A stretch of DNA of 64,000 nucleotides from Sarea resinae (taxonomy: Eukaryota), in contig JAPEUD010000018.1 in NCBI GenBank assembly GCA_026026165.1, forward strand, positions 124,001 to 188,000, in the 5' to 3' direction. This document shows positions 24,551 through 37,120 of the stretch, piece by piece. Positions within the stretch are counted from its first letter, which is position 1. Every line of letters begins with the position of its first letter. The position numbers and the translations under genes were made by a program. Below the pieces are notes generated by a model, which saw only the letters and a list, made by a program, of their open reading frames with translations, did not search any database and was not told where the DNA came from.

Positions 24551-25076
24551 CGAGCAGATGTGTAAGTTCAGACGAATGGAAACGAATGAGCAGAAAAGAG
24601 ACACAGAGACAAGAAAGTAAAGGGACAGGAAGATTCCCAAGGGAAAGGGCTAGATATTGAATGGGAGAAAGGGAGGTCTTGGTTACAATATTCTCGGTGG
24701 ATACTGTTCCTCTGGAAAGAGACGCTGATGAAACGTGCTTGAGCAAATTCGAGCATGATGAGCGCATTTCGGACTTGGCAGGGCATCCTAGATATTGACA
24801 TTGATTACACATTGATTATCGGCAGGTCAGAGGAAACATGATGATGCATCCCATAGAATGAGTAGCAATGCTTGCCGTCCAGTATCCATCCGTACCAGGG
24901 AGATGCAATTGTTGACAAGCGACCCGGAATTGGAAGCGATTTGCATCAAATCGACCGACGAACTCCTAGTCGCGCATCACCAACCGATTGAACACGGCCG
25001 ATTGGCTCCGATGCGCACCTTGGTGGACCCCTCAAAACAGCTCAACAATGGACGCAACACCGCTCAAACTTGCTCA
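24551..25076. promoter_or_regulatory. Cluster of Mac1-type copper-response-like motifs TGCTC(A/G) in the divergent promoter
   Basis: Minus strand: TCTGCTCG 24551-58, TCTGCTCA 24587-94, TTTGCTCA 24740-47 (exact yeast Mac1 CuRE) and ATGCTCG 24750-56. Plus strand: CTTGCTCA 25069-76. Weaker GCTCA cores at ~24759, 25040 and 25062. Confidence 0.5.
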
Positions 25077-25347
25077 CCATCGCAGGTCTTCGCTTCTTCC
25101 CACTCTTGAAAGTTCGGAGAATCAACACTCGACCGACAACCGTGTCGAGTGTGAGCTGCCATACCAACAACACGAGGGCAAGCACCTCAAGCACCTTGGT
25201 GGATTGCTGACTGACTGCGTTTCGTCACAGCTCCAACGTCACGACTTTCAAGCCAGACATTACGAATTGACGAAATTGACGAATTGATCCGAAACTGATG
25301 GTACTAGGAGCTTCCAATCTCGATTGAACATACCTTATCCTTTAAAG

Positions 25348-26225
25348 ATGTTGCCCGCCCTCTGGTCCACAGGCATGGTAATGCTGGCTTCGGTTCAAGG
25401 ATTCAACCTGCCCAGCTTCTCCAACATGGCGGCCCCGACCACTCCCGAAGTATACACGCTGCCCGAGCTACCCTACGCCTACGATGTAAGGAAGTCCAGT
25501 TGCAAAAGCTGTTCCGTCAATTGAGGGGACTGCGTTGGTGGGCATCGGATTGACATCTCGTGATATACAGGCGCTCGAACCCCACATCTCCACTCAGATA
25601 ATGACCCTCCACCACTCAAAGCACCACCAGACATACATAACCAACCTCAACGCCGCCCTCTCCGCCCAAGCTACAGCCATCAGCACGAATGACATCCCTT
25701 CTCTCATCTCCATCCAACAAAAGATCAAGTTCAATGGCGGCGGTCACATCAACCACTCGTTGTTCTGGCAGAACCTCGCCCCGGCTTCATCGCCGGACAC
25801 ATCCCTCTCGACAGCCGCACCCAAGCTGAAGGAAGCGATTGAAAGACGGTGGGGCAGTGAGGAGGAATACAAAAAGAGATTCGGGGAGGCACTGTTGGGA
25901 TTGCAGGGGAGTGGGTGGGGTTGGTTGGTGAAGACCAAGGACGGCGGATTGGAGATCGTGACCACGAAGGATCAGGACCCAATTGTGGCTCCCGATGTCC
26001 CGCTACTTGGCGTTGATATGTGGGAGCATGCGTACTATCTCCAGGTAAGATCCCTCGTGTCGTTCAAGCTTTGACAAACGGTCATTGATTGTTTGCGGGA
26101 TACAGTATTTCAATAACAAGGCGCAATATGTAAGCGGAATCTGGAACATCGTCAATTGGAAAGTTGCGGGGGAGAGATACCAAGGGGGTGCGGATGTGTT
26201 TAGTTCTTTCAAGTCGGAACTTTGA
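25348..26225 (+). CDS. Manganese superoxide dismutase (Fe/Mn-SOD family), 3 exons; alternative start at 25426
   Basis: YTLPELPYAYD|ALEPHISTQIMTLHHSKHHQTY, KFNGGGHINHSLFW, LQGSGWGWL, DMWEHAYYLQ|YFNNK. Introns 25486-25570 and 26045-26105; ends ...FKSEL*. Confidence 0.96.
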
Positions 26226-26505
26226 GCAGCTCTCTTCTTATTCGGATCTTGCCCGAGTGACGGACACGTTTCGAGACTTGAATTGTCATATTATTATGCT
26301 GTAAACCCTATGCAGTACCGCTAAACCAGACTGGCCACGCTATGCAAGTGGATGCGGATCGTTAAGAGACATTAAAGAAACGTTCATGATATCCTCTCCT
26401 GGTTATGCCACCTGATGAATGGAACGGACACTCGTGATGTAGAATTGGTGTTGGGTGGCGGCCGCAGCTAAGGGGGCCGTGGCAACCTGTCAAGGGCTTT
26501 TCGGC

Positions 26506-27206
26506 CTATATCAAGAAGCCAAAGCCGGCAAAAAGACCAGCGGTGAGGGCCACTATTCCATATGCCTGACCAAGGCTGAAATCTATGATGGCAGCACCGC
26601 CAGACTTAGGCCCATGGCTAGCAGATGTGGTGGCCGCCGCACCACCCCAGCCGGTCAGTATCGTGGTCGATGGAGCAGCTGTTTTGGTGGCAGTGATCAA
26701 AGAGGAGGTTGTCGTATTGACCCGCTTAGGGCTCTGCGCGCCACATGGGTGGTTTGATCGGCAGGCACTCTCACAGGCTGAGTTGCCGGAGCAATTTCCC
26801 ACGCATTGATTGTCATATTCGGTGCAGATGAAGTAGGGAAGCGTTTGCGAGTATTGGGTTGCATTTGGAGACTGGCCGTTATTGCAGACGCAGTTGTAGG
26901 TCAGGACAGTCTACAGTGGATGAGTAAGAGATTCATCTCTCCGAATCGGGAAAATGATGTGAAGCTCACAGAATTGCATTGGTTTTCTTGGGTGGTGGAT
27001 GATGGCGTAATCTGGAGGCAGAGGAGAGGGCAAGCAGATGTCTGTGAATTGCACCAGTTTTCTTCTTCAAGTCAGTGCTGTGCGTTGATTGGGAAATGCT
27101 GGCATTGCCTACCTCTTGTAGACAGGGGCACGGAACTTGGGTCAATTGACTGTGCCGAGACCAGGCCAGCAAAGGCGAGAGACAAGAGAATGATTAGAGA
27201 GAGCAT
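26506..27206 (-). CDS. Small secreted Cys-rich, Ser/Thr-rich, probably GPI-anchored cell-surface protein, 3 exons
   Basis: Signal peptide MLSLIILLSLAFAGLVSA; QSIDPSSVPLSTR|ENWCNSQTSACPLLCLQ; YNCVCNNGQSPNATQYSQTLPYFIC; HPCGAQSPKRVN; S/T-rich stalk and hydrophobic tail GQAYGIVALTAGLFAGFGFLI*. Confidence 0.85.
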
Positions 27207-28679
27207 TTGGAGAATGATGCAGGCGTTCCTGTCGTAGAAGAATCAGTCAAAGTGCACGGCGAGAGGCTCAATTACATCGTGGACGGACTTCCGACATTCA
27301 CTTACCTGTTTGTGTCTTTGTCTTCGTTTTCGTCTTCACGTTCAAGAAGTAATGTAGATGTGCCGTTCAATAAGGAATTAATGTATGTGTTATGACAGGC
27401 TAGCTGTAGCGACCGACAAACGAAAGAAAGCTGGAAATCGACTATGATGCCTCGAAGCCAGAGCAAACGCTCAAGGGGACGAAGGAGCGTGAAGGTATTT
27501 GTAGAAGAACGGCTGGAAGAGAGAAGGTGGCGGAAACATGATATTCGCATCCTTTAGCACATGAACTACCTACAATAGGCGTCTTACGATAAGATCAAAG
27601 CTATTGAAGCCATTGAATCCGCACTCTCGGCCTCCGAAGCCTCAGAGACGGTTGGCAGAGAACTTGCATTGGCAGGTATAATTCTTCGCTATCCGTGAGA
27701 GGCAGACATATGCCATCATCCGAGCAGGCAGTGACCATAGTGTCTCACTATCACGGCTCGATTAGAACGGTGTCGCTTCATGCATTCGACTTGACCGAGG
27801 ATGAATGTGAGCAAAGCAAGAGCACGAGATCTAAGTTGAGCACGGAGTAGTTGCAGTACTTAGTGCAGTAGGGGATTAGTTCGCCGTGCTCTATGAGTAT
27901 ATTTAGAAAAGTGAAGGCAGATCTCCAAGTAGAAAATTCACGATCAGCATGGTCCCGGACATGAATTGTTCACTAAGATAACGCAAAGTCGTTGGGAGCA
28001 GCGAATGGCATGGACGTTGTGAGACGACCGCGGAAGCTTAGGGGCCGGGGGCCCTTACGGCGTACTGCGTAGGCGGGGCCCTCGGACCAGGGATCACAAA
28101 GCTTGGTATGCGTTCTCTGTACGGCAGTATCAGTACCCAAGTCGTCGAGCCCAGCTGCTCATATGGACTCAAAAGAGCAACCCCCCCTCTCGTCAATGGA
28201 CGAGCGCTTTCCACAGACGCAGAAGATACAGTACAGGAGCATCACTCAGGGTTGGAAGGAGAAAGCTTGAGAGACGGAAAGGGGGAAAACAAAGGGATTG
28301 GCGTGGCGAACATAGCACTACAGTACCAATACCCAGCGCCAGGTAGAGAGACCCTCGGACCAAGACTCCAGGTTGGCGAGAGGACGAAGTAGCTCGTATT
28401 TAGGTCGCAGCGCCCCAGTCCCAGAAGGACTTGACCAAGACACCGACTCGATCATCCGACTTCAAGGCCGTGCATGGCTCATGTCTTGCCTGCGCAAGCT
28501 TTCAATTTGAGCCGCATAGCGCAAGCTGTCTGACATTTCCGCTCTGACGTTCGACGGATTCGGCTTGACACAGACAGCCTGGAGATATCTATCAATCCCA
28601 CCTGGAGTCAGTCCAGCTGTTATCAGTTCCATATCCCTAGTTCCACTCCCTCTACCGCGCAGTACTTCCGAGTAGATGG

Positions 28680-29486
28680 ATGGAGCCCACGGATTCCGGC
28701 ACATCGCCCAACCCACCCGCCACCGAGTCTGATGGTCTCGCGCGCCATGGGGAGCAAGCAACCGCTGCCGACGCCGTAGTACCTCCGTATTGGCGCAGCC
28801 ATGGAAGGACCGCTTCAAATGCTTCGCTCGATCGGGGAGGGTCCGGCCCCATTACTCTAGAAGACCATACCGAAGAGCCTTGTGAACTCAGCGAGTCCTT
28901 GTGGGCAAAAAGCGTGACTGTGGACGATTACACCATCGTCAGTGGCAATCGAGCTGGCGTTGGCGCATATGCTGTTTGGCATTGTACAGTTCACACCCTC
29001 GATGTACGTTTTCACCTCTGCCGGGACGATGTCATGAAGCCTCTTACCAATGAACCTCTCATAGGGAGGTCCAATGATTATTCGAAAAAGGTCAGACCCA
29101 ATCCACTGCATGTGCATGCTTATTCCCTTTTTTGGTGTCTCAGCGAGCTTATTTTCCTACAGATACTCCGAATTTGATGCACTTCGACAAAGGCTGGTGA
29201 AGACATTCCCAAGGTCTGTAGCAGCCGTACCACCATTGCCTCCTAAAAGCGTAATTTGTACGTTTACTGGGACACAGAGTCTTGAGCCTTGCGGTACTGA
29301 CTTTTTGTGATAGCTAAGTTCCAGCCGAAGTTTTTGGCACAGCGAAAGGAGGGTCTTTCTTATTTTCTGAAGTATGCTCAATTCTTATCACGTGGATATT
29401 GCAACGACTGATCGACCTTTAGCTGTGTACTGCTTAATCCTGAATTCTCAGGATCACCTGTATTAAAGGAATTCCTATTCTCATAA
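28680..29486 (+). CDS. ypt35: PX-domain protein Ypt35-like, multi-exon (includes a 26-nt exon)
   Basis: LWAKSVTVDDYTIVSG...GAYAVWHCTVHTLD|GGPMIIRKR|YSEFDALRQRLVKTFP...PPLPPKS; final exon CVLLNPEFSGSPVLKEFLFS-TAA at 29484-86. Confidence 0.85.
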
Positions 29487-30138
29487 TGATTTTAATGGCT
29501 CACGGCCTATATATTATACCAGTACGATCCTCGAGTCTCGACTTCCATGCAAAGGCTCCGAACTACGCGAGCTTGATATTTTCGACCTGTGCGAACATGG
29601 AGCGCACTTCAGGTACCCATATCGTCAGTGTGTCGCTGCATCTTTCCGTCTCTTCGGTGGAAGTCCTGCGTCTTGTTAGATTGAGGCCAGCGCTACTTGA
29701 AGTTGGAGATGACACATCTCTTGACATGTTTTTGCCCTTCTGAAAGAGTCTAAGTAGAACTGTTAATGTGTCCCTCGGATGGTTGCAACAATAGGCTGTC
29801 AGTGCTGTCAGTGCTGTCAGTGCCAAGGTAGGTACCGCCTTCCTTGCTGGTTGAAATTGCGGTTTGATCTTGCTGGATCGCCGTTGCCCTTTGTTTGATA
29901 TTCACTCGACCGGTGTTGCCGAGCTATTGGTCTGTCGTAAAACATACTTTATTCGCCTACGCGACCGATGGAGGTGTGGAAACCTCATTGTGAGGTATTC
30001 ACCAGGGAAGCGACCTCGTAGCTGCTTAGACAAAAGTTCGTTGCTAGTCTTTCATGAATTTGCAATATCTTGTCATACACTTGAGTCCAAGAGATTTCCC
30101 AAAGAAGATGATCGTCCAACCTCCAGCTCTGAAACACA

Positions 30139-31684
30139 ATGGTTGCTTCTTTGAGACCCTCCCTACGGTCTTCCACTCGTCATGCTGAGCGTTTCGCGAC
30201 CGCGCCTCCCAAAAACATTCCGTCCACGATAAGACGCGCGAAAAAGCGCCCACGAAGCGACTCGATCGATGAAGAGGATCCTCAAGCAGCCAAAAAAGTG
30301 AGGTTGGCAACGCAATTGCAGAATCGACAAAAGACCGTCGCCCGGAGAAAGGACCCAAAGAAGGCGAAACCCCCAGCAAACAAACCTCTGACGCAGGGCA
30401 TCTTGACACAACCGGAGATCGACTGGCGAACCACCAACGGCGTTCAGAAGCAAAGCAATACAACAAAACATAGTCTCAAGCGTGCACGGGTTGCTGCTCC
30501 GCGGGCTCAACAAGAGAAGAATGAACAGCTTCAGCGTGCCAATGTCCCAAAACCCGAGAAGAGGACCCTGCGGTCGCAAGATGGTGGCTCGCGATTCAAA
30601 AGCGATCTTTCTCTATACTTTCCCGGCTATGAGGAGATAATTGCGGGCGAACCGAAAGAATCAGGTGAGTTTCTATCGGATAGAGCTATCGGACATTCTA
30701 ACGTTTGCAGAGTTCTTGACGCTTGACACGCCCATCTTCATTGTTGATGAGCCGACAAAGGAACTTGGCTTAAAGCCTGATGTTTCATCCGGCATTTCCA
30801 ACCCAGTCGCTGTTAAGAAACGTCGGATCACATTCGATGAGTCTGGCAACACTGAGCCTGGTCCCGGCACGCTGGCGTCCGAGAACATATCCTCCACACT
30901 CACCAACGCTCAAAAGATCGACTTCTCGTCTATTGAAAAGCATGCCAGACAGAGCTCGGAAGATCCACTGGGCGATGAGCTGTATTATAAATTGCATAGG
31001 CGTGCTGAGCGGCAGGAAAAGCAGCTTCGCAATATCGAGAAAGACCACGCTCAACATGAAAAGCTGCATTTGGAGAGACTCCTGGATGGCCTCAAAGGCC
31101 CTGATTGGTTAAGAGTTATGGGTATAAATGGTATCACGGAAACAGAAAAGAAAGTGTATGAGCCGAAGAGGGACATGTTCATTGGAGAAGTGCAGGCACT
31201 GGTTGACAAGTTTCGCATTTGGAAGGAAGAAGAGAAACGCCGAAAAGTTCAAAAGGACAAGGCTTTGCTGCAACGAGAGTCTTCGGGGGGCAAAGTTATG
31301 CAATCCACCGAAACAACTGTTCCTCGAAAAGTCTCAACTCCCGATTCCAGCGATCTCGACGCGTGGGCAGCTCGACAGTTACACCAGGAGGCCATCTCAG
31401 CGAAGGGTGCCTCTATTGCCGGGGGAAGCGATAGCGATCATCTCGAGCCGCCTAAGAAGAAATCGAAGCGCACCGAACCGGAGCAGCCATTCACGTCTTT
31501 TTACTCGAAGCCATACTTGCGGGCCGCTGCAATTGGCAAGCACCGGCGAGGGAGAACCAGAACCGCGTTTGGACACCCGATACCAGATGTTTCCCCGCGA
31601 GACTTCTACTTACCAGATGATGTACATCCCCAGGGGAAAGCGGGAGAACAGTTCAGGATGGGCAGTCAGTGTAAGACTATTTAG
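30139..31684 (+). CDS. sas4: SAS complex subunit Sas4-domain protein, at least 2 exons
   Basis: KRTLRSQDGGSRFKSDLSLYFP; DPLGDELYYKLHRRAERQEKQLRNIEK...HEKLHLERLLDGLKGPDWLRVMGI; PFTSFYSKPYLR. Intron ~30665-30710; extreme C-terminus uncertain. Confidence 0.8.
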
Positions 31685-32409
31685 GAGTTCACTACGGAGC
31701 GAGGAGTTTTCAGTGGTTCTCAGTGGCAGTCCACAGGCGTTCTGATCAAGGACAAGCGGATTCATTCTCAGGTTTATCCTTTTCAGCTGTCCTATACAGT
31801 AGTTCAACTCTCCACCACGATGCTCCAATGCCTTGTACATAGATATCAGTTGGATCGATCACTACGTTGTGCCACTTGCATAGGTGACCTAGCAATTGCT
31901 CGTTAATACTGTCGCGCGTTTAATGGTGTATCACACGTGACCCGACGTTACTATCGGTGAATGCCAAGACGTGGAATCTGGAAACTAAGGTACTAGGAAG
32001 GTTAAGGAAATAACATTGAAGTATGGGAATGATGCATGTGCTTTCTTTCTCTTACCAGATATGAGGCCAAGAATCTGAGCGCATCAGTCTTATTGTCGCG
32101 GTGAATACTTTCACTACCCAGCCTTTCCGTTTTCCCGCCCGGAAACTTCTGTCAACAGAAATGGAGGCTATCATCTACAAGTCTGGTTCACCGTGATATA
32201 GCAGCTGCTCAGCAGTATAATCTCACGCATCCACTAAATCGCCTTCCCGTCGCTCATCCTGCCCCTCGCTTTGTCGCCGCCTGTCAACCACAATCAGAAC
32301 GTTCTCGGATCTAGAGCGAGGCAAAGTGGCGCAAGGAAGCTTGGGATGACTTCGTTCGCTGGGCGAACGTGGGATAGAAATTCGTCGGAATCGGCCACGG
32401 TAGGGCAAG

Positions 32410-35400
32410 ATGGTTGGACTAGTTGAAACACCTGGCATCCCGGCATCTCGTCTGGGTTTCTCTGTTTCACATCAGAAGGTTGAGCTCGATATAGACTTTG
32501 CAACGCGCAGTCTGAAGGGGAAGACCGAGATTACCATCAGTCCTCATTTCAAAGAGCTCAAAGTCATCCGACTGAACTGCCGCCAGTGCAACCTCACACG
32601 ACTCAACGTGAATAATCGAGCGCCCAACATCAAATATCAGGAGCCGTATGCTCGATCGAGCAGGACCTCTTACGCCAGTGTCCATCAACACCACCTCTTG
32701 CGCCAGAAGCTCGAGCCGCTTCTGAAGGATCCGCCAGATGAAGAGTTGATCATAACTCTCCCCAAGAGCATCAAGATTGATGAGTTGGATCCTCTCTCGG
32801 CCGATGCGGCTTTGGCGAAGATCAACGGGGCAATAAAGAGAGACTCGATAGACACCTCTGCGCTGAGTGTAACGACGCCCATAATCAAAGCTGGCGAAGA
32901 CCAGACAGCGAGATTCACACCTATTACGGTCAACATAGAATTTTCTATCGAGAAGATAAGAGACGGGCTACATTTCGTCGGCCTGACTGAGGGTGATCTC
33001 CGATACCCCCACGTATACTCTCGAAATTCGCAGTTCTCGGGTGGCTCATGCTGTCTCTTTCCTTGTATTGATGACCCATCATCACGGCATACTTGGGAGC
33101 TCTCAATCAAGTGCCCTCGAACGTTAGGGGACGTGTTTCGCCCTCGGACAGCATCTAGCCATGTGAACGGTAACAACGAGACGTTGACTAATGGTACGAA
33201 TGGCGTTCATCCACACGAGACCCACGGGAATAGTGGCCGATCTCCTATGGACATCGATGATGATGATGACATGAGTCTTGACATCGCCGTGGTCGCTTCA
33301 GGCGACATGACTGACGAGGTAGGCGATCTAGCGTCCTCAATCCTTTCACCGCTGATCATTCCGCTGTAGGTTGTGGATGCCAATGATCCGAGGAAGAAGA
33401 CTGTATCTTTTCTCTGCAGCAATGCCGTGGCAGCGCAGCACATTGGATTTGCTATAGGCCCCTTTGAACATGCCGATCTTTCAGAGTTTCGTGAAGCAGA
33501 TGAAGATGATAAGCTTGGATCAAATGCTATTCGTGTGCATGGTTTCTGTCTTCCAGGGCGAGCCGACGAAGTACGAAACACCTGCTTGCCATTAGCAAAG
33601 GTAAATTAATCTACGCAGGTTGCTGTCGTTGTCTGCTGACATTCAAAAAGGCCATAGATTCTTTCACCGTAACATATGGCTCATACCCATTCTCTAGCTA
33701 CAAACTCTGCTTTGTGGATGATCAGGTTGCCGACACAGTACACACTGCGTCCTTTACGCTCTGTAGCAATCGACTTCTCTTCCCAGAAGATATCTTAGAG
33801 CCTTTGGACAGAGTGACCAGGATACTGGTTCACGCCCTTGTTAGCCAGTGGATAGGAGTCAATATTATTCCAAAAGAGTCAACGGACACATGGGTCATCA
33901 TAGGAATCTCCTACTTCATCACTGATATTTTCTTGAAGAAGCTCTGCGGTAACAACGAGTATCGTTATCGGCAAAAGAAGTCAGCGGATCGCCTCTGCGA
34001 AGTAGATGTGCAGAGACCCTCGATCTACGCCATGGGAGCGCTGCTTGCCCTGGATCCTTCGGAAGCGGAATTCATGGCTCTAAAAGCTCCTCTGGTCCTG
34101 TTTGTCTTAGATCGGAGACTTGCGAAAGCTAGTGGCTCCTCTGGCCTGTCTCGTATAATATCGAGGATATTTTTGAATGCCAAAGTCGGCGACCTGCCAA
34201 ATTCCGCCATTACTACGGCTTATTTCTTGCGAACATGCGAGAAATTAGGTCATGCCAGGCTCGATACCTTCTTCCAGCAGTGGATTTACGGTGCGGGTTG
34301 TCCACGATTTTCTGTCACTCAACGGTTCAATAAAAAGAAGTTAGTGGTGGAAATGCTCATCAAACAGACACAAGCTGAACAATCTACGGACCGGAATCTG
34401 GAACCCGATACTTTCTTGAGAGATGTGAAAGAAGAAATTCACAACGTCTATGCTGGACCAATACAGCCCGTTTTCACCGTCAGTTACATTCGTCAGATAT
34501 GACAGATAGATACTGACTAAAGTTAGGGCCCAATGACAATTCGAATCCACGAAGCGGATGGAACTCCTTATGAGCATATCGTCGAGATTAAGGAAGCGAG
34601 TACGAAGTTTGAGATTCCGTACAATACAAAATACAAACGTCTGAAGCGCAGCCGACGGCAGAAAGAAAGAGCCGCTGCTGCATCTGGCGTCGACGCTGCC
34701 GCAGATGCTCAGGATGATGTCCTCCTTTACTGTCTCGGTGATGTACTCCAATCGGAAGAAGAAGTCGCCGATTGGAGGCTAGTAGACTGGAGCAAAGAAG
34801 ATGAAGAGCGCATGAACCAAGAGTCGTACGAATGGATTCGAATGGATGCTGATTTCGAGTGGATATGTACCATGGCAATAAACATGCCAGCGTATATGTT
34901 CCTCTCACAACTACAACAGGATCGGGACATTGTGGCACAACTGGAGGTAAGTGAACATGTAACTTTCTTCGGCGTCATGGCTAACAAAGTGCAGTCTATC
35001 CAGTATATTGCTACACAACGGGAACATCCATTAGTATCCACAATCCTTGTCCGCACATTGATGGACCGGCGATATTTCCACGGCATCAGAACCTCTGCAG
35101 CTCACGCTCTTGCAAAGAATGCAAAGGACGAACTTGATTGGATTGGTCTTTTTCATCTTGAGAAAGCCTTTCAAGAATTCTTCTGCTTTCCCAACTCTCC
35201 CATGACCAGATCTAATGATTTCTCTAATCGAACCTCATACTACATCCAATGCGCTATCCCGCAGGCAATTTCCAATGTTCGGGACCACTCAGGAAGAGCT
35301 CCTCTTCGGGCGAAGAAATTTCTACTCGATAAGTTGAAGTTCAACGACAACTCAAACAATGAGGTAACCTTCCTTCGAGGTCCGATGAAGTTACTGAGCT

Positions 35401-36584
35401 GATCTCTATAGTTTTCTGATTGTCATTATGTGGCCATCCTCATGTCTGCTCTCACGAATACCTTGCTTGCCTGTCCAGAGGATACTGGATACAGTTTCGC
35501 CTTTGAGGACGACGAGGATGAAGACGAGCGGCTTCAAAAGGCAGCCATTGATGAGATCGAAAGATACCGGAGCATGGATGAATGGATCTCTTCATATCAA
35601 AATATATACTCCGTGACCGCCTTGGACTGCAAACGACAACTGGCCCTTGCCAAGGTCATTGAAATACAAATTTCGGACTTTCTGCAATATACCCAAGAAG
35701 ACACGTTTGATCCTTTGCGCTTGAAGGCTTTTAGCTGCGTGGTCGATCTCGGTTTATTCAAGAACGACGCCGTACTACATTACTTCCTGTACATTCTCGG
35801 CTCAGACCGCTCGCCCTACGTTCGAGAAAGCATGCATCTACTCTTTGGCCGGGCCTTGGGCTTATTGGCTATTGGGGATCCAGTCCCTGAAGATGCTCCA
35901 CAGCAGCTAGATGGCTTGATCATCGAGCAGGAAGCGTCCTCTACCGAAGCACGAAAGTCGGAGTTGGCAAGAACCCAGACAGTACCGGGAGCAGTAGCTG
36001 CCTTGAAGTCTGAGCTTGAGTCGAACGATGTTCTGAAGAAGGCATTATGGGAGTCTGTCCTGTAAGCCATCGTATTGCTAGAGGCGTCGATGTTTATTAC
36101 TAATGGCCAATATAGCTCCGCTGACATCGGCCTCGACGAGATCTTCAACCTCTTGGATATATGCAGCACGCTCTATGATCCTCGTACATCGCTGGTAGTA
36201 ACACTCAAATACCCACGCTACTGGAAGGTCGAAAACAAGGGCAACGTAGGTCCTCATTCATTCTTAAAGTCTTAACGCAATTCGCTCATCTTTCCACAGG
36301 GCAAGCTGCTGTTTTCGCGGAGCAACAAGTCTCGCACCAAGCCCAAGCCAAAGCTCGAGATTGGAAAGCTCCAACGCGTGCCGTCACCTCTCCTCAAGCG
36401 CGCCGACAGTCACCGTGCAAATCCTACACCGAAGATAGTGTTCAAACCCAAGAAACCACCCCTTGCACCTCCAGCCCCGCGCGCGGATGGACCTCCCCCT
36501 TCAGCTTCTCCCCCAGCAGATGGGAAACCGAAGCTCACGCTCAAGTTCAAGATGGGCGGCGGCAGTGCTAAATCTCCTACCTAA
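32410..36584 (+). CDS. taf2: TFIID subunit 2 (aminopeptidase-like Taf2), multi-exon
   Basis: VSHQKVELDIDF, CLFPCIDD, AAQHIGFAIGPF, HALVSQWIGVNIIP, LKAPLVLFVLDRRL, FFQQWIYGAGCP, GPMTIRIHEADGTPYEHIV, YEWIRMDADFEWI, QLQQDRDIVAQ, LKFNDNSNN. Confidence 0.95.
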
Positions 36585-37120
36585 TATCTTCGTTCTTATT
36601 GGGCTCCATATCTTCATCTTCCATCTTGTACCATATGCTTCAGGTGGTTTCAATTTCTTCCGTTGATTTGAGCAAGGCGCTCTGGGAATAAAGGTCCTGG
36701 AGGGGCAGGCTGGCGTTGATGTGTTTCCTGCGCGAGGGAGATGGTGCTGGCATTACGGGATTATCTAAAACGCTCCATCAGAATAAAAGACGGCCTGATC
36801 AAGGCATTACAACCTGAAGATATCATGGTATATTCATGGTGTGTGAGAAGTGCGTTGCGGCATTTCCATGACGATTTGCGTGGCGCTCTCTCCAAGATGC
36901 GCAATCTCCCAAACAGAGACGTTCAACGATTTAAGGTCGGAAACTCGCGATTGGTCGACAGGCGGGGGAGCTACGCGGGTCGGAAAAACAGTTTTGCCGA
37001 GAGTCTCCAGCTCAATAACAGCATCAATGATCGAATTAAATTCACAATCATGCAAGCTCAACTCGTACACAATCACCTAATTGATCCCACCGAGCCACCA
37101 GATTGCCCACGTAACTCACC

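Noticed and set aside
36741..37120. 150-aa ORF between taf2 and rrf1
   Set aside because: No motifs; it overlaps the taf2 3' region and the rrf1 promoter/first exon in another frame.
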